DNA of 64,000 nucleotides from an uncultured Alphaproteobacteria bacterium (GTDB lineage: Bacteria; Pseudomonadota; Alphaproteobacteria; Rs-D84). Every line of letters starts with the position of its first letter. Positions within the stretch are counted from its first letter, which is position 1. Below, piece after piece: positions 36,587 through 46,422 of this stretch. The translations under genes were made by a program, and so were the position numbers. A model generated the notes under the pieces. It was not told where the DNA came from. It ran no database searches and worked only from the letters and a program-made list of their open reading frames with translations. The stretch covers positions 26,956-90,955 of the forward strand of contig CALXLO010000001.1 in the NCBI GenBank assembly GCA_944389235.1, written 5' to 3'.

Positions 36587-39500
36587 ATGGCAGTTATCCA
36601 GAAATTCAGAAAATCTTTTGGAAAAAGTTTTTTGCAAACCCCACTTCCTGATTTGGTTGAAATTCAGTATAATTCCTATAAAGATTTTTTGCAGGCTGAT
36701 GTTGCGCCAGAAAACAGAAAAAATATCGGGTTGCAGAATGTGTTTTCTTCTATGTTCCCAATCAAAGATTATGCCGGCATAGCGGATTTGGAATTTGTTG
36801 AATATTCTTTGGACAAGCCTGTATACAATGTAAAAGAATGTATGTTGCGCAATTTAACATATTCCAGCAAATTGAAATTAAAATTGCGTTTGATTTTGTG
36901 GGATGTTGCCGAAGACGGTAAAAAGACTTTGCGCGATATCAAAGAACAAGAAATATTTATGGGCGATGTGCCGTTAATGACTGAACGCGGCAGTTTTATT
37001 GCCGCCGGCGTTGAACGCGTAATTGTTTCACAAATGCATCGTGCCCAAGGCGTTGTATTTGCCACAACCAAAGAAGCCAAGGTTGCAGGTAATCCAATTA
37101 CATATACTGCGCGTATCATTCCAGAACACGGCAGTTGGATTGACTTTGAAGAATACAAGGGCGTAATTTATGTTCGCATTGACCGCCATCGTAAAATTCC
37201 AGCAACGGTGTTATTGCGCTGTTTGCCGGCCGCCGAAGATGAAAAGAAATGGGCGGCTGACCCACGCAAGGCAACAATTCGTGGCATGGACGATACAGAA
37301 ATTTTATCCGCATTTTACAAGCGTATTCCGTTAAAGTTTGACGGCAATATGTGGATTGGTGAAACTGCATCTTTCCAAGGTCTGGATAAATATCGTTTGA
37401 ATTATGATTTAATTAATCCAAAAAATAAACAGCCATTGGCATCCAAAGGCGACCGTATGAACGCTAAACGCTTGGCCAAGGTTATGGATACATCCAAAGA
37501 ATTTGGTATTATCCCAGACAGTTTAGTTGGTGAATACCTGTTTGACCCGATTTTAGATGCAGAAAATAATGTCGTTTATCGTGCCGGTACTGAAATTACC
37601 GAAGAAGTGTTGTCTGATTTAGAAAAAATGAATATTCGTGAAATATCATTAATTTCTATTGATAACACAACGATAACCGCACATATTCGCAATACATTGA
37701 TGGCAGATAAAACCGTCAATCGCGAAGAAGCATTAATTGAAATATATAATATTATTCGTCCGGGTGAACGCCCAACACTGGAAGCGGCGATAAATCTGTT
37801 TATGCGTCAAGGATTTGACCCTGCATACTATGATTTGTCGGCGGTTGGTCGGTTCAAGATGAACAAGCGTTTGAAAATTGATTCTGGTAAAAAACCAGAA
37901 GATGACCGTTTGTTGTCTAAATCTGATTTCTTGGCGGTGTTAAAGACTTTGACCAATATTATTGACCACAAAGATACGGTTGATGATATTGATAATTTGT
38001 CAAATCGTCGTGTTCGCACAGTTGGTGAATTATTGGAACAAAATTTCCGCACAGGCATGGTTCGTATTGAACGCTTGGTTCGTGAAAGTTTGTCGTCGCC
38101 AAATATTGCAAACATGCAGCCCCAAGATGTTATTAATGTAAAACCGTTAATGTCGCTGATATCAGAATTTTTGGGTACATCGCAATTATCACAATTTATG
38201 GATGCGTATAACCCATTGGCAGAATTGGAACATAAACGCCGTATTTCTGCGTTGGGACCGGGTGGGTTGAATCGTGAACGCGCGGGAATTGATGTCCGCG
38301 ATGTGCACCCAACACATTATGGTCGTCTGTGCCCAATTCATACACCCGAAGGTGCAAATATCGGTTTGATTAACCATCTGGCGACATACGCGCGGGTTAA
38401 TCCATACGGATTTATTGAAACACCATACTATGTTGTTGAAAACAGCAAAATTACCGACAAGATGGTATACTTGACGGCAGATGAAGAACTGGGGCACAAA
38501 ATCGCCCAGGGAAATACCCCGACAACAGACAAAGGTGTTTTGTCCGAAGATATGGTAACAGCGCGTGTTGATGGCGAATTTACCATGGTACCCAAAGAAG
38601 AAATTGACCTGATTGATGTGGAACCACGCCAGGTGGTATCTATTGCAACTGGGTTGATTCCGTTCGTTGAAAATGATGACGCGAACCGCGCTTTGATGGG
38701 TTCAAACATGCAACGCCAGGCAATACCACTGTTGCGTGTCCAGGCACCATTGGTTGGTACCGGAATTGAACGCGAAGTGGCGCGTGATTCACGCACGGGC
38801 AAGGTTGCAAAGCACAGTGGTGTTGTTGAATCTGTGGATGCAAATCGCATTGTGGTTAAGTGCATGAACAGCCGCAATGTTGTAACAGGTGTTGATATTT
38901 ACAATCTGGAAAAATTTGAACGCAGCAACAGTGAAACACTGGTTCATCAAAAACCATTGGTCAAGGTTGGCGACCGTGTATCAGCCGGCGATGTTATTGC
39001 AGATGGTTCATCAATGAACTATGGCGAACTGGCGTTGGGTCGTAATGTGTTGGTGGCATTTGTGCCATGGCGTGGATATAACTATGAAGATTCAATTGTT
39101 ATTTCCGAACGCATTTCACGCGACGATGTGTTCACATCTGTCAAGATTGTTGAAAAAGAATTCAAAGTTCGTGATACTCAGTTGGGACCAGAAAGCCTGA
39201 CACGCGATATCCCAAATGTCAGCGAAGAAGCTTTAAAGAACTTGGATGAATCCGGCATTATTTATGTTGGTGCGCGTGTGAAACAGGGCGACATATTGGT
39301 CGGGCGCGTTTCACCGAAATCTGAAACATTGCTGACCCCCGAAGAAGCGTTGTTGCGCAACATATTTGGCGAAAAGGCATTAAATGTCAAAGATACATCT
39401 TTGCGCGTTGGTCCAAACGAAGAAGGAACTGTCATTGGTGTAAATGTTCTGACCCGTCATGGTGTCAAGAAAGATGAACGCACACAAATGATAGAACTGC

Positions 39501-40726
39501 AAAAGATTGAAAAAATCAATAAAGACCGCGAAGAAGAAACATCTATTATGGAACGCGGTTTTGCAGACCAAGTATTCCAAATTGCCGAAGGTCAAGTTAT
39601 TGATTCAGCTGCGGGCAGTTTGAAACCTTTTGTTGGTAAAAAATTAACGCAAGAGGTTTTTGAAGGTATCCGTCCGGCTGATATTAAAAAGTTGGTCGTA
39701 CGCAACAAAGAAGCCCAGGCGAAAATTGATGAATTGCGTGAACAGCATCTGGCAAAGTTAAAGGCACTGAACGAAAAAGCAGATGCCGAAGTCGCCAAAG
39801 CAACAGAAACCAATTCGTTGGGTGCAGGCGTGTTAAAAGAAGTCAAGGTCTATATCGCCCACAAGATGAAATTACAGCCGGGTGATAAAATGGCTGGTCG
39901 TCATGGAAACAAGGGTATTGTATCCAAAGTTGTTCCAATTGAAGATATGCCATATATGGAAGATGGTACCCCAGTTGATTTGGTGTTAAATCCGTTGGGT
40001 GTGCCATCGCGTATGAATATCGGTCAGATTTTGGAAACGCACTTGGGTATGGCGGCGCGTACATTGGGGCAACAAATTGGCGCAGTGTTGGACGAAGTTC
40101 GTCAAAAACGCGCGGTTACGGACGATTTGCGTGCCACTATTGGCAAGATTTACGGCAAAGAAGTATCTGAAAAATTAGAAAAAATGACAGATACCGATGT
40201 TCGTGCCGAAGCAGCGTTATTGCGCGATGGCGTTCCAATGGCAACACCAACATTTGATGGTGCAACACCAGACGATATTGCGCGTATGCTGAAATTAGCC
40301 AATTTGCCTGAAACAGGTCAGTTCACATTATATGACGGCATGACCGGCGAAAAGTTTGCCCGTCCGGTAACGGTTGGCGTTATGTATATGTTGAAACTGC
40401 ATCACTTGGTTGATGAAAAGATACACGCGCGTTCTATTGGAAATTACTCGTTGGTTACTCAACAGCCGTTGTCTGGCAAGGCCCACATGGGTGGTCAGCG
40501 TTTGGGCGAAATGGAAGTATGGGCACTGGAAGCACATGGTGCTGCACATCTGTTGCGCGAAATGCTGACTGTGAAATCAGACGATATTACCGGTCGTACT
40601 AAAATGTACGAAGCGATTATATCCGGCAATAATGATTTCCAAACCGGCACGCCAGAGGCATTTAATGTATTTGTTCGCGAACTGCGCGGGCTGGGGTTGG
40701 CGTTGACACCAAAGAAAATGGATTAA
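36587..40726 (+). CDS. rpoB: DNA-directed RNA polymerase subunit beta
   Basis: About 1380 aa with conserved blocks (...GRFKMNKRL..., ...NPLAELEHKRRISALGPGGL..., ...MGSNMQRQA..., ...GDKMAGRHGNKGI..., ...MGGQRLGEMEVWALEAHGAA...). The track ORF starts at TTG 36578; the ATG at 36587 follows AAGGA. Confidence 0.98.
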   Translation: MAVIQKFRKSFGKSFLQTPLPDLVEIQYNSYKDFLQADVAPENRKNIGLQNVFSSMFPIKDYAGIADLEFVEYSLDKPVYNVKECMLRNLTYSSKLKLKLRLILWDVAEDGKKTLRDIKEQEIFMGDVPLMTERGSFIAAGVERVIVSQMHRAQGVVFATTKEAKVAGNPITYTARIIPEHGSWIDFEEYKGVIYVRIDRHRKIPATVLLRCLPAAEDEKKWAADPRKATIRGMDDTEILSAFYKRIPLKFDGNMWIGETASFQGLDKYRLNYDLINPKNKQPLASKGDRMNAKRLAKVMDTSKEFGIIPDSLVGEYLFDPILDAENNVVYRAGTEITEEVLSDLEKMNIREISLISIDNTTITAHIRNTLMADKTVNREEALIEIYNIIRPGERPTLEAAINLFMRQGFDPAYYDLSAVGRFKMNKRLKIDSGKKPEDDRLLSKSDFLAVLKTLTNIIDHKDTVDDIDNLSNRRVRTVGELLEQNFRTGMVRIERLVRESLSSPNIANMQPQDVINVKPLMSLISEFLGTSQLSQFMDAYNPLAELEHKRRISALGPGGLNRERAGIDVRDVHPTHYGRLCPIHTPEGANIGLINHLATYARVNPYGFIETPYYVVENSKITDKMVYLTADEELGHKIAQGNTPTTDKGVLSEDMVTARVDGEFTMVPKEEIDLIDVEPRQVVSIATGLIPFVENDDANRALMGSNMQRQAIPLLRVQAPLVGTGIEREVARDSRTGKVAKHSGVVESVDANRIVVKCMNSRNVVTGVDIYNLEKFERSNSETLVHQKPLVKVGDRVSAGDVIADGSSMNYGELALGRNVLVAFVPWRGYNYEDSIVISERISRDDVFTSVKIVEKEFKVRDTQLGPESLTRDIPNVSEEALKNLDESGIIYVGARVKQGDILVGRVSPKSETLLTPEEALLRNIFGEKALNVKDTSLRVGPNEEGTVIGVNVLTRHGVKKDERTQMIELQKIEKINKDREEETSIMERGFADQVFQIAEGQVIDSAAGSLKPFVGKKLTQEVFEGIRPADIKKLVVRNKEAQAKIDELREQHLAKLKALNEKADAEVAKATETNSLGAGVLKEVKVYIAHKMKLQPGDKMAGRHGNKGIVSKVVPIEDMPYMEDGTPVDLVLNPLGVPSRMNIGQILETHLGMAARTLGQQIGAVLDEVRQKRAVTDDLRATIGKIYGKEVSEKLEKMTDTDVRAEAALLRDGVPMATPTFDGATPDDIARMLKLANLPETGQFTLYDGMTGEKFARPVTVGVMYMLKLHHLVDEKIHARSIGNYSLVTQQPLSGKAHMGGQRLGEMEVWALEAHGAAHLLREMLTVKSDDITGRTKMYEAIISGNNDFQTGTPEAFNVFVRELRGLGLALTPKKMD

Positions 40727-40801
40727 GTTATGTTTGTCTGGGTGCCAATACGGGCATTCAGACATATAACTGATTTATAGCGACTGAAAGGAGCAAAATA
40801 T

Positions 40802-43800
40802 ATGACCAATATGTTGCAAAAAATATTCGGACAAATTGAAACCAAGGAACAATTTGACGCGCTGCGCATTACAATTGCGTCGCCCGAAGAAATATTGTCT
40901 TGGTCCCATGGCGAAGTCAAAAAGCCCGAAACCATAAACTATCATTCATTAAAGCCAGAGCCAGAGGGACTGTTCTGCCAACAGATTTTTGGCCCTGTCA
41001 AAGACTATGAATGCGCATGTGGTAAATATAAAAGAATTAAATTCCGTGGCGTTGTTTGTGAACGCTGTGGGGTAGAAGTTGGTCCGTCAACCGTGCGCCG
41101 TGAACGCATGGGGCATATTAAATTGGCAATGCCTGTTGCGCATACTTGGTTTTTGCGCGAAGGTAAAATTGCCACATTGTTAAATAACTTGCCGCAAAAG
41201 AAATTGGAACAGGTTATTTCATACGATGCGTATATTGTTATTGAACCAGGTTTAACAAACTTGAAACAATACGATGTTATCAGCGAAGACGAATACCAAA
41301 ACGCAGTTGAAGAATTTGGTGCAGATGCGTTTCATGTTGGCATTGGTGCCGAAGGTGTACGCAGCATTATCGCAAATCTGGATATGGGCGATGAACGCAC
41401 CCGTCTGCGCGCAGAATTGGCGGAAACTAAATCCGAAGCTAAACGCAAAGGATTGATTAAGCAACTGAAATTGGTTGAATCGTTCTTGGATTCTAAAACA
41501 GACCCTGCATGGATGTTGCCAGATGTTATTCCGGTAATTCCGCCAGATATGCGTCCGTTAGTAACACTGGATGCGGGACATGTTGCGGCATCTGATTTGA
41601 ACGATTTGTATCGTCGTGTTATTATTCGTAATAATCGTTTGAAACGGTTTATTGAAATGCATGCGCCTGAAATCATTGTTCGCAATGAAAAACGCATGTT
41701 GCAAGAAGCGGTCGATTCTTTGTTTGATAATGGGCACAAGGCGCGCCCGATGGTGTCGCAAAATCGCCGTCCGTTGAAATCGTTGTCGGATTCTTTGCGT
41801 GGCAAGTCTGGGCGTTTCCGTATGAACCTGTTAGGCAAGCGTGTAGATTATTCCGGCCGCAGTGTTATTGTGTCTGGACCGTCGTTAAAATTGCACCAGG
41901 TCGGTTTGCCAAAAACAATGGCACTGGAATTGTTCAAGCCGTTTGTGTATGCGCGACTGATGGCGGGCGATTATGCAAACACATTAAAGACTGCGCGTAA
42001 AATGGTTGAAAATGGCGAAGATGTTGTGTGGGAAATCTTGGAAAAGGTTATACACCAGCATCCAGTATTATTAAACCGTGCGCCAACGCTGCACAGATTA
42101 TCACTGTTGGCGTTTGAACCAGTGTTAATAGAAGGCAAGGCAATTCGTCTGCATCCATTGGTCTGCAAAGGATTTAATGCAGACTTTGACGGCGACCAGA
42201 TGTCAGTGCATGTTCCAATTTCACTGGAAGCACAATTAGAAGCGCGCACATTAATGTTATCATCAAATAATGTTCTGTCGCCGGCAAATGGTGAACCAAT
42301 GATTGTGCCGTCCCAAGACATGGTGTTGGGTGTGTACTATATTTCATTGATTAATGGCGAACATACTGATAAATCACCGCGCTTTGCCAATATGGACGAA
42401 GTGAAAATGGCGTTGGAAAACAAATCCATCACATTGCACACGCCAATTGTCGCGCGCATCAATGGCAAGATTTACAAGACAACCGCTGGTCGTATGATTC
42501 TGGGCGAATTATTGCCGAAATCTGACAATATGCCATTTGATTTGGTGAACAAGGTTATGCCTGTTGGTGAAATCAAGGCGTTATTGGCAACAACATACGA
42601 ACGCTGTGGCGACAAGGCGATGATATTGTTGGCGGACGCGTTAAAAGATACTGGTTTTGAACAGGCGGCACGCAGTGGTATTTCCATCGGGTACGAAGAC
42701 ATTGTTGTCCCAGCAGAAAAGGAAGACATTATTGCCGCCACTGAAAAAGAAGCCGAAGAAATCGAACAGCAATATCAAAACGGTTTGCTGTCCAGTGGTG
42801 AACGCCATAACAAGTTAATCGACTTGTGGCAGAAAACAACCGATAAAATCGGTGATATGGCGTATGCTGCATTGGGCAAGAATACCGGTGATAACTGGAA
42901 TTCTGTGTTGATGATGGCATTGTCTGGGGCGCGTGGTTCTAAACGCCAGATTCAGCAGGTCGCTGGGATGCGTGGTATGATGCAGAAACCAGACGGTTCG
43001 ATTATAGAAGTTCCGATTATTTCAAACTTCAAAGAAGGCTTGACCATGTCGGAATACTTTACATCAACCCACGGTGCGCGCAAGGGTATGTCGGATACTG
43101 CGTTGAAAACTGCGGACGCGGGATATTTAACCCGTCGTTTGGTTGAATTGGCGCAGAATACTGTTATTACTGAACATGATTGTGGTACAACGGAATATAT
43201 CACTGCTAAACCGGTATACCAAGGCAGCACATTGGCGGTACCATTGGGCGATGTTGTTTTGGGTCGTACGGCGGCACATGATATTGTGCACCCAATTACC
43301 AAGGAAGTTATTGTCCCAGCGGGGGAATTAATTACCAAGGTTGCCGCGCGTCAGATTAATGAATCTGGATTGCCATCGGTTGATGTGCGCAGTGTTTTGA
43401 CATGCCACAGTGATGGATTGTGTGCGAAATGCTATGGTATGGATTTGTCGCGTAATGCGCTGGTTCATGTTGGCGAAGCGGTTGGTGTTATCGCGGGTCA
43501 GTCCATTGGTGAACCTGGAACCCAGTTGACATTGCGTACTTTCCACATTGGTGGTGTTGCATCTGGTGGTGCAGAAAGCCACTTTATAGAAGTCCCAGTC
43601 GCCGGTACCATAAAACTGTCCGGTGTTAACACGATTAAAAATTCGGCTGGTCGCGTGGTTGTTCTGTCGCGCAATGGCGAATTGTCTGTGGTTGATGCCA
43701 AGGGCGAAAAATTATTTACCAGCAATCTGCCGTATGCGTCTATGCTGATTGTAAATGATGGCGACACCGTTGAAAAAGGTGCCAAGGTTGCAGAATGGGA

Positions 43801-44911
43801 TCCGTATTCCAATACAATCATTGCAGAAAAGGGCGGTATAGTTCAATTCCAAGACTTGATTGAAAATGTTTCATACCAAGAAGAAGTTGATTCTATGACC
43901 GGCATTGTTTCGCGCAAGGTTATAAACTGGAAAGCGAATACCAAGAAAGCACTGAATCCAGCCATTACATTGGTTGATGAAAAAGGCGAAATAATATCAC
44001 TGGGCGGCAAAAAAATTGCAGAATACTTGTTGCCGACATATTCTGTATTAAATGTGTCAAACGGTGCAACTGTTGCCGCGGGTGATGTGTTGGCGCGCAT
44101 TCCTGTTCAGACCAAGCGTACGGGCGATATTACCGGTGGTCTGCCGCGTGTTAACGAATTGTTGGAAGTGCGTCGTCCATCTAATCCGGCGTTATTGGCG
44201 GAAATTGATGGCACCATTGAATTGGAAGATGCAAAATCCAAGATTATTATTCGCATCGTTCCAGATGATGGTACTGCACCAGTTGAATATGCTGTACCAA
44301 AGGGAACAAACTTGCTGGTGCGCAGCGGCGATGTTGTGAAAAAGGCCGAAAAGTTGATTGATGGCGACCCTGTACCCCAAGATATATTGCGTATATTGGG
44401 GCAAAAGGCGCTGGCAACATTTATGGTTGAACAGATACAACAGGTTTATCGTCTGCAAGGCGTGGTTATAAACGACAAGCATATTGAAATCTTGATTCGT
44501 GAAATGACCCGTCGTGTAGAAATTACGAATCCGGGTGATACAGGGTTCTTGATGGGCCAGGTTGTTGACCGTGTTGACTTTGAAGAAGAAAACGCCCGCG
44601 CGGTTCGCGATGGCGGTCGTCCAGCCGAAGCGTCGCAGGTATTGGTTGGTTTAACCCGTGCATCATTAACATCGCGGTCATTTATATCTAATGCATCGTT
44701 CCAGCAAACAACCAAGGTTTTGGTTGATGCGGCAATCAGTGGCGCGACAGATAAACTGGTCGGCATAAATGAAAATCTGATTGTTGGTCGTCTGATACCG
44801 GTTGGTACTGGTGCGTATGTGCGTCGTGTGCGCGAAATCGCCAAAGAAGAAGAACGCGCAGAAAAACTGGCGCGCGAAGGTGCAACCCAGCAGCAGTTGC
44901 TGGATATATAA
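40802..44911 (+). CDS. rpoC: DNA-directed RNA polymerase subunit beta'
   Basis: 1369 aa with zinc-binding Cys residues (CACGKY...CERCGV) and the catalytic NADFDGDQM motif. Confidence 0.98.
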   Translation: MTNMLQKIFGQIETKEQFDALRITIASPEEILSWSHGEVKKPETINYHSLKPEPEGLFCQQIFGPVKDYECACGKYKRIKFRGVVCERCGVEVGPSTVRRERMGHIKLAMPVAHTWFLREGKIATLLNNLPQKKLEQVISYDAYIVIEPGLTNLKQYDVISEDEYQNAVEEFGADAFHVGIGAEGVRSIIANLDMGDERTRLRAELAETKSEAKRKGLIKQLKLVESFLDSKTDPAWMLPDVIPVIPPDMRPLVTLDAGHVAASDLNDLYRRVIIRNNRLKRFIEMHAPEIIVRNEKRMLQEAVDSLFDNGHKARPMVSQNRRPLKSLSDSLRGKSGRFRMNLLGKRVDYSGRSVIVSGPSLKLHQVGLPKTMALELFKPFVYARLMAGDYANTLKTARKMVENGEDVVWEILEKVIHQHPVLLNRAPTLHRLSLLAFEPVLIEGKAIRLHPLVCKGFNADFDGDQMSVHVPISLEAQLEARTLMLSSNNVLSPANGEPMIVPSQDMVLGVYYISLINGEHTDKSPRFANMDEVKMALENKSITLHTPIVARINGKIYKTTAGRMILGELLPKSDNMPFDLVNKVMPVGEIKALLATTYERCGDKAMILLADALKDTGFEQAARSGISIGYEDIVVPAEKEDIIAATEKEAEEIEQQYQNGLLSSGERHNKLIDLWQKTTDKIGDMAYAALGKNTGDNWNSVLMMALSGARGSKRQIQQVAGMRGMMQKPDGSIIEVPIISNFKEGLTMSEYFTSTHGARKGMSDTALKTADAGYLTRRLVELAQNTVITEHDCGTTEYITAKPVYQGSTLAVPLGDVVLGRTAAHDIVHPITKEVIVPAGELITKVAARQINESGLPSVDVRSVLTCHSDGLCAKCYGMDLSRNALVHVGEAVGVIAGQSIGEPGTQLTLRTFHIGGVASGGAESHFIEVPVAGTIKLSGVNTIKNSAGRVVVLSRNGELSVVDAKGEKLFTSNLPYASMLIVNDGDTVEKGAKVAEWDPYSNTIIAEKGGIVQFQDLIENVSYQEEVDSMTGIVSRKVINWKANTKKALNPAITLVDEKGEIISLGGKKIAEYLLPTYSVLNVSNGATVAAGDVLARIPVQTKRTGDITGGLPRVNELLEVRRPSNPALLAEIDGTIELEDAKSKIIIRIVPDDGTAPVEYAVPKGTNLLVRSGDVVKKAEKLIDGDPVPQDILRILGQKALATFMVEQIQQVYRLQGVVINDKHIEILIREMTRRVEITNPGDTGFLMGQVVDRVDFEEENARAVRDGGRPAEASQVLVGLTRASLTSRSFISNASFQQTTKVLVDAAISGATDKLVGINENLIVGRLIPVGTGAYVRRVREIAKEEERAEKLAREGATQQQLLDI

Positions 44912-44926
44912 CCCAGGGGGATGCAA

Positions 44927-44972
44927 TGTTTTGCCCGGTGTTCCGATGTTGGTGCACCGGGCATTGCACGAA
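44927..44972 (+). terminator. Hairpin downstream of rpoC (possible terminator)
   Basis: GCAAT-gtttt-GCCCGGTG ...14 nt... CACCGGGC-ATTGC. The downstream T-tract is weak. Confidence 0.4.
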
Positions 44973-45040
44973 TAAAGTTTTCCTTGCAAATACGCAATAT
45001 TTTAATAAAATAGCAAATTGTAAATAAAAAGGATTATAAA

Positions 45041-45190
45041 ATGGCAACGCCAAAAAGCAAAACAAGTAAAGCCCGTTCAGCACAACGCCGTTCACACGAC
45101 GCGCTGGATATTATGCCATGTACTGTATGTAAAAAGTGTGGCGAAAAGAAACGCCCACATCATATTTGTCCGGCATGTGGCGCAAAATAA
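45041..45190 (+). CDS. rpmF: 50S ribosomal protein L32
   Basis: 49-aa ORF that is not in the supplied track. Sequence: MATPKSKTSKARSAQRRSHDALDIMPCTVCKKCGEKKRPHHICPACGAK. It has the typical L32 N-terminus and a CxxC...CxxC zinc ribbon, directly upstream of plsX. Confidence 0.9.
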   Translation: MATPKSKTSKARSAQRRSHDALDIMPCTVCKKCGEKKRPHHICPACGAK

Positions 45191-45271
45191 TATGTCCCAG
45201 AAAATATAAACGGCAGAAATTGGCGCTGAGATATGCCGCCATTCTGCTTTTTTTAATATAATTAAATTATT

Positions 45272-46339
45272 ATGTCAGTGGCAAAGAAAATTATAGCAAT
45301 AGACGCAATGGGCGGCGACAAAGGACCAAACGCTGTGTTGGGTGGTCTGAACCAATTTTTATACCAGAATGGTGAAAATGCGGTTTCGTTTCGTCTGTTT
45401 GGACCGGCGGCTGAATTGAATCAATTATTGGTTAAATATCCGCGTGTTGCCCGTAATTGTGTCGTAATTGATGCCCCAGATGTTATCAAGGGTACAGACA
45501 AAATTCGCGAAGTTGTGCGGCATGCACAAAATACATCTATGTATATGGCAATCAAAGATGTGCGCGATGGAAATTCCGCCGCGATTATCAGTGCAGGCAA
45601 TACCGGTATTTTGATGTCTTTATCAAAATTATCGTTAAAGACGGTTGACGGTATATCGCGTCCAGCAATTACGACAATGTTGCCATCGGGCGGTGGTGAT
45701 TCACGCGTGGTTGTACTGGATTTAGGGGCAAATGTCCACTGTGATGAAGGCGATTTGTTTGATTTCTCTATCTTGGGCAGTGTGTATGCCGAAGTTATCG
45801 GTAAAATGCCACATCCCAAGGTTGGGGTGCTGAACATCGGGGAAGAGGCCACCAAAGGAAATGAAACCCTGCAAAATCTGAACAAAATACTGACAGAAAA
45901 CAAAGACCGGTTGCCGTATGAATATATCGGATTTGTTGAGGGTAATGATATCGGCGGCGGTAATGTCCAGGTTGTTGTAACAGACGGCTTTACCGGAAAT
46001 ATAGTTCTGAAAACTGTCGAAGGTACTGCAAAATTAATCAAGCGCGTTTTGGTCGATAATTTGAAAAAGTCAATATTGGCAATTATTGGTGCGTTTTTCT
46101 TGGTTCATGTTTTCAAGCGTTTGAAAAACAAAATTGACCCGCGTTCTTATGCAGGTGCAACATTTTTGGGACTGAACGGGTTTGCGGTCAAGACCCACGG
46201 CAACAGTGATGCATTGGCATTTGCAAACGCGATAAAATATGCCGCGGATATGACCGGTGCAAATTTGAACGATGTTATTGCGGCGCGCGCACATTCGGTT
46301 GCGGATATTCGCGCAAAAATTGGTGCCTATGCCCGTTAA
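45272..46339 (+). CDS. plsX: Phosphate acyltransferase PlsX
   Basis: 355 aa with ...IAIDAMGGDKGP..., ...ISAGNTGILM... and ...VVTDGFTGNIVLKTVEG... Confidence 0.95.
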   Translation: MSVAKKIIAIDAMGGDKGPNAVLGGLNQFLYQNGENAVSFRLFGPAAELNQLLVKYPRVARNCVVIDAPDVIKGTDKIREVVRHAQNTSMYMAIKDVRDGNSAAIISAGNTGILMSLSKLSLKTVDGISRPAITTMLPSGGGDSRVVVLDLGANVHCDEGDLFDFSILGSVYAEVIGKMPHPKVGVLNIGEEATKGNETLQNLNKILTENKDRLPYEYIGFVEGNDIGGGNVQVVVTDGFTGNIVLKTVEGTAKLIKRVLVDNLKKSILAIIGAFFLVHVFKRLKNKIDPRSYAGATFLGLNGFAVKTHGNSDALAFANAIKYAADMTGANLNDVIAARAHSVADIRAKIGAYAR

Positions 46340-46422
46340 CGCTGATAACATGCCTGTGCCGGTATGACGGGCGTGTTAGTATTACTGACATATTATGCAC
46401 ACAACTGGCAATTGTTGCGATC